A DNA stretch of 53,144 nt from Nemertoderma westbladi (Eukaryota; Animalia; Xenacoelomorpha). Position numbers and translations under genes: made by a program. The stretch lies in the NCBI GenBank assembly GCA_032718475.1, contig JAUCBJ010001094.1, positions 1-53,144 on the forward strand, given 5' to 3'. The notes below the pieces were generated by a model that worked only from the letters and a program-made list of their open reading frames with translations, searched no databases and was not told the DNA's origin. Positions 51,296 to 53,144 of the stretch are shown in pieces. Within the stretch, counting starts at the first letter, position 1. Every line of letters starts with the position of its first letter.

Positions 51296-52129
51296 CTATT
51301 GGGGTGAGTTAAACTGGTCGATAACCACGTCATTGCGAAGTACCACGCGTCGTTTGTAATCGTACCATATCGTTACTCCCTGGTTCTCAGGGCGTTCTCG
51401 TTGCTCGCGAACAACTTTGCGTAGTCTACCTTCCTCGCGTCTGACAGCCGGGTGGACATCTTTGTTGATGTATACCTTTTTGAAATTATCAACTCCGTTC
51501 AGCCGTTTTGCCTCTTTTAAAGCAGTAAACTTCAACGATTTATTCGAAAACCTGATTAGAATCGGGCGCGACCTTGGTTGGCCGTTCCCATTACTCCATC
51601 CAGCTCCAGATTGCTTTCCTATCCGTTGCAGGTTCTCAGACCGGATGTCCATCGCGCAGTCCGAGCACCCAATCGCGTTAAACATTTCTCGAACTTGCTC
51701 TAAATCAGATGGGCTTGCAGCTGGTGTGTTCCCATCTACAGATATGGCAGATGAAGCCGGACAGTCAGGAATACCAGAAACTATAATGTTATTTTGACGT
51801 TCTGTCGTGTCCATTCGGTCTATAAACGCTTGTTGATTATTGATAATAATACAAGCTGACTTGAGATCGCTCTGCAGAATTGCAATGGATGATTTCAGAT
51901 TTGTTATCTCCTTCACTTCATCACGCAAGGACTTTATTTCCTCCAGGATTTGGCTAAATCTGGAGTCATTAACGCCCGCGCTAGTAGCAGTTGATTTCTC
52001 ATTGTCTCTATACAGTGATAAGGCTGATTTTAACTGGGTGTTATTTAGGTTGTTTACTTGGCCCTGGGAGAGACCCCGAACATCATCGATGTTTGCGATT
52101 GATATCGATTTGCGCTGGCTACTACTCAT
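51296..52129 (-). CDS. LINE ORF1 protein (coiled coil + RRM-like nucleic-acid-binding domain)
   Basis: 277 aa, ATG start, heptad region (ILEEIKSLRDEVKEITNLKSSIAILQSDL), then ERQNNIIVSGIPD, RIGK, RPILIRF, VYINKD motifs typical of LINE ORF1. Confidence 0.85.
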   Translation of the reverse strand: MSSSQRKSISIANIDDVRGLSQGQVNNLNNTQLKSALSLYRDNEKSTATSAGVNDSRFSQILEEIKSLRDEVKEITNLKSSIAILQSDLKSACIIINNQQAFIDRMDTTERQNNIIVSGIPDCPASSAISVDGNTPAASPSDLEQVREMFNAIGCSDCAMDIRSENLQRIGKQSGAGWSNGNGQPRSRPILIRFSNKSLKFTALKEAKRLNGVDNFKKVYINKDVHPAVRREEGRLRKVVREQRERPENQGVTIWYDYKRRVVLRNDVVIDQFNSPQ

Positions 52130-52243
52130 TGTTCATACAGTCTGTTAATCTAATGTTGGTTTTGTAGGCTGGTATGTATTCAATGTACAGCAGTACAGCA
52201 GTTCAGCAGTACAGTAGTATAGGCCTACCAGTGTAATACAAAC

Positions 52244-53144
52244 AATACAAACGATTTACGGTGACACTTCACGGGAGCCAACATCTGGTCAATTCTGTCA
52301 GTTCCGTTCATAGTTGTGTTATAGTCTTCAATAGCCGAAGGTTTCTTGTAGCTAATGTTTTCATGTCCTTGTGTTATTCTTTGTTTATCTACTGTGCCAG
52401 CAACGTGCACTGAACTTATTACATATACATCCCTTTTATCAACAAATTTTACAAGTAAAATGTCATCCTTTCGGGTAAATTCAGATGTTATAGGATGCAT
52501 CTTGAAAGCTTTCAGTTCTGGAGGCACTCCTCTACCGGGTTTTATCGTTCCGAGAGACAAGGTGTTATTCTTGAGAAGGAAAGTCACGAGTCGTAGACTT
52601 TGAAACCAATTATCTCTGTTACTTGAAAGCCTTTGTTCAGAAGGTGCGATCTATGTAGAATGTGTACAACAATTTTTTCAGAAACTGTGAGATCATCAGT
52701 GTCCAAATCAGCACACCACTCTTCTGTGCCCTCCCTTCCACAATAAATTTCAATATCAAACGTATATCCACTCTTACTTTCATTCAGAGAGAAACCTTTT
52801 ATGCCAAACCTTGCTCTTTTCTTTGGTATATACTGTTTCATATACAATCTACCCTTGTGTAGAAGTAAAAACTCATCAATACTCCCTACACCTTCAATAA
52901 GGTATGTTGATTGGACTTTCTCTCGAAGAAGTTGAATTAGTGGTTCAATCTTCTTCATTTTCTCAGGGATTACCGGATCGTAACTTGCAAATCTAATGTT
53001 AGACAAAATAAGACTAAATTTGTCCCGTGACAATGTATCATTTCGGGTGAAAAACGGAATATGAGTATAAACATTTGTACTCCAGTAATCGCGTACCATT
53101 ACTTTTTTTACTGCACTCATAACCAACAGCATTGCAAACACCTT
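52244..53144 (-). pseudogene. piggyBac-family DDD transposase, frameshifted and 3'-truncated; 5' part outside window
   Basis: SIDE..KGR..MKQYIPKKRARFGIK (first D). DNWFQS (second D) appears after a frameshift at ~52616. YNTTMNGTDRIDQ (third D). Homology stops at CHRKSFV, before the usual W..K and Cys-rich tail. Confidence 0.9.

Larger units (their letters stand above)
48185..52243 (-). mobile_element. Near full-length two-ORF non-LTR retrotransposon (APE-RT; RTE-group such as Proto2/RTEX is a tentative guess)
   Basis: Short 5' UTR with 8-bp repeats, ORF1, and ORF2 with APE, RT and a Cys/His-rich C-terminus. Ends are approximate and no TSD was found. Confidence 0.88.

Overview
AT-rich animal (invertebrate-type) genomic DNA, about half of it tandem repeats. 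Two host genes lie on the minus strand. One is a four-exon Snail-family C2H2 zinc-finger gene (31738..23604, ~453 aa, five fingers, no SNAG motif found). The other is the last two exons of cytosolic malate dehydrogenase (47242..46729). Mobile DNA includes: an RTE-type LINE 3' half with an intact RT frame and (TAG)n tail (1..1890), plus a decayed sister copy; a near-complete two-ORF LINE (RT motif LMDD) next to a frameshifted, truncated piggyBac transposase; several tRNA-derived SINEs; and nested MITEs. There are four large tandem arrays with 37-bp, 44-bp (G-rich, plus TTGGG), 36-bp and 12-bp units. The most striking pattern is that two arrays clearly, and a third probably, grew from internal motifs of small non-autonomous transposons whose ends are still visible. 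The 36-mer sits inside a SINE whose unexpanded sibling is in the same window, the 12-mer sits between mariner-like TIRs, and the G-rich array sits between 15-bp inverted repeats. The LINE also has ORF1 and an AUG-less ORF2 in one frame, separated by a single TAG inside a hairpin. All calls were made by eye, without database searches.
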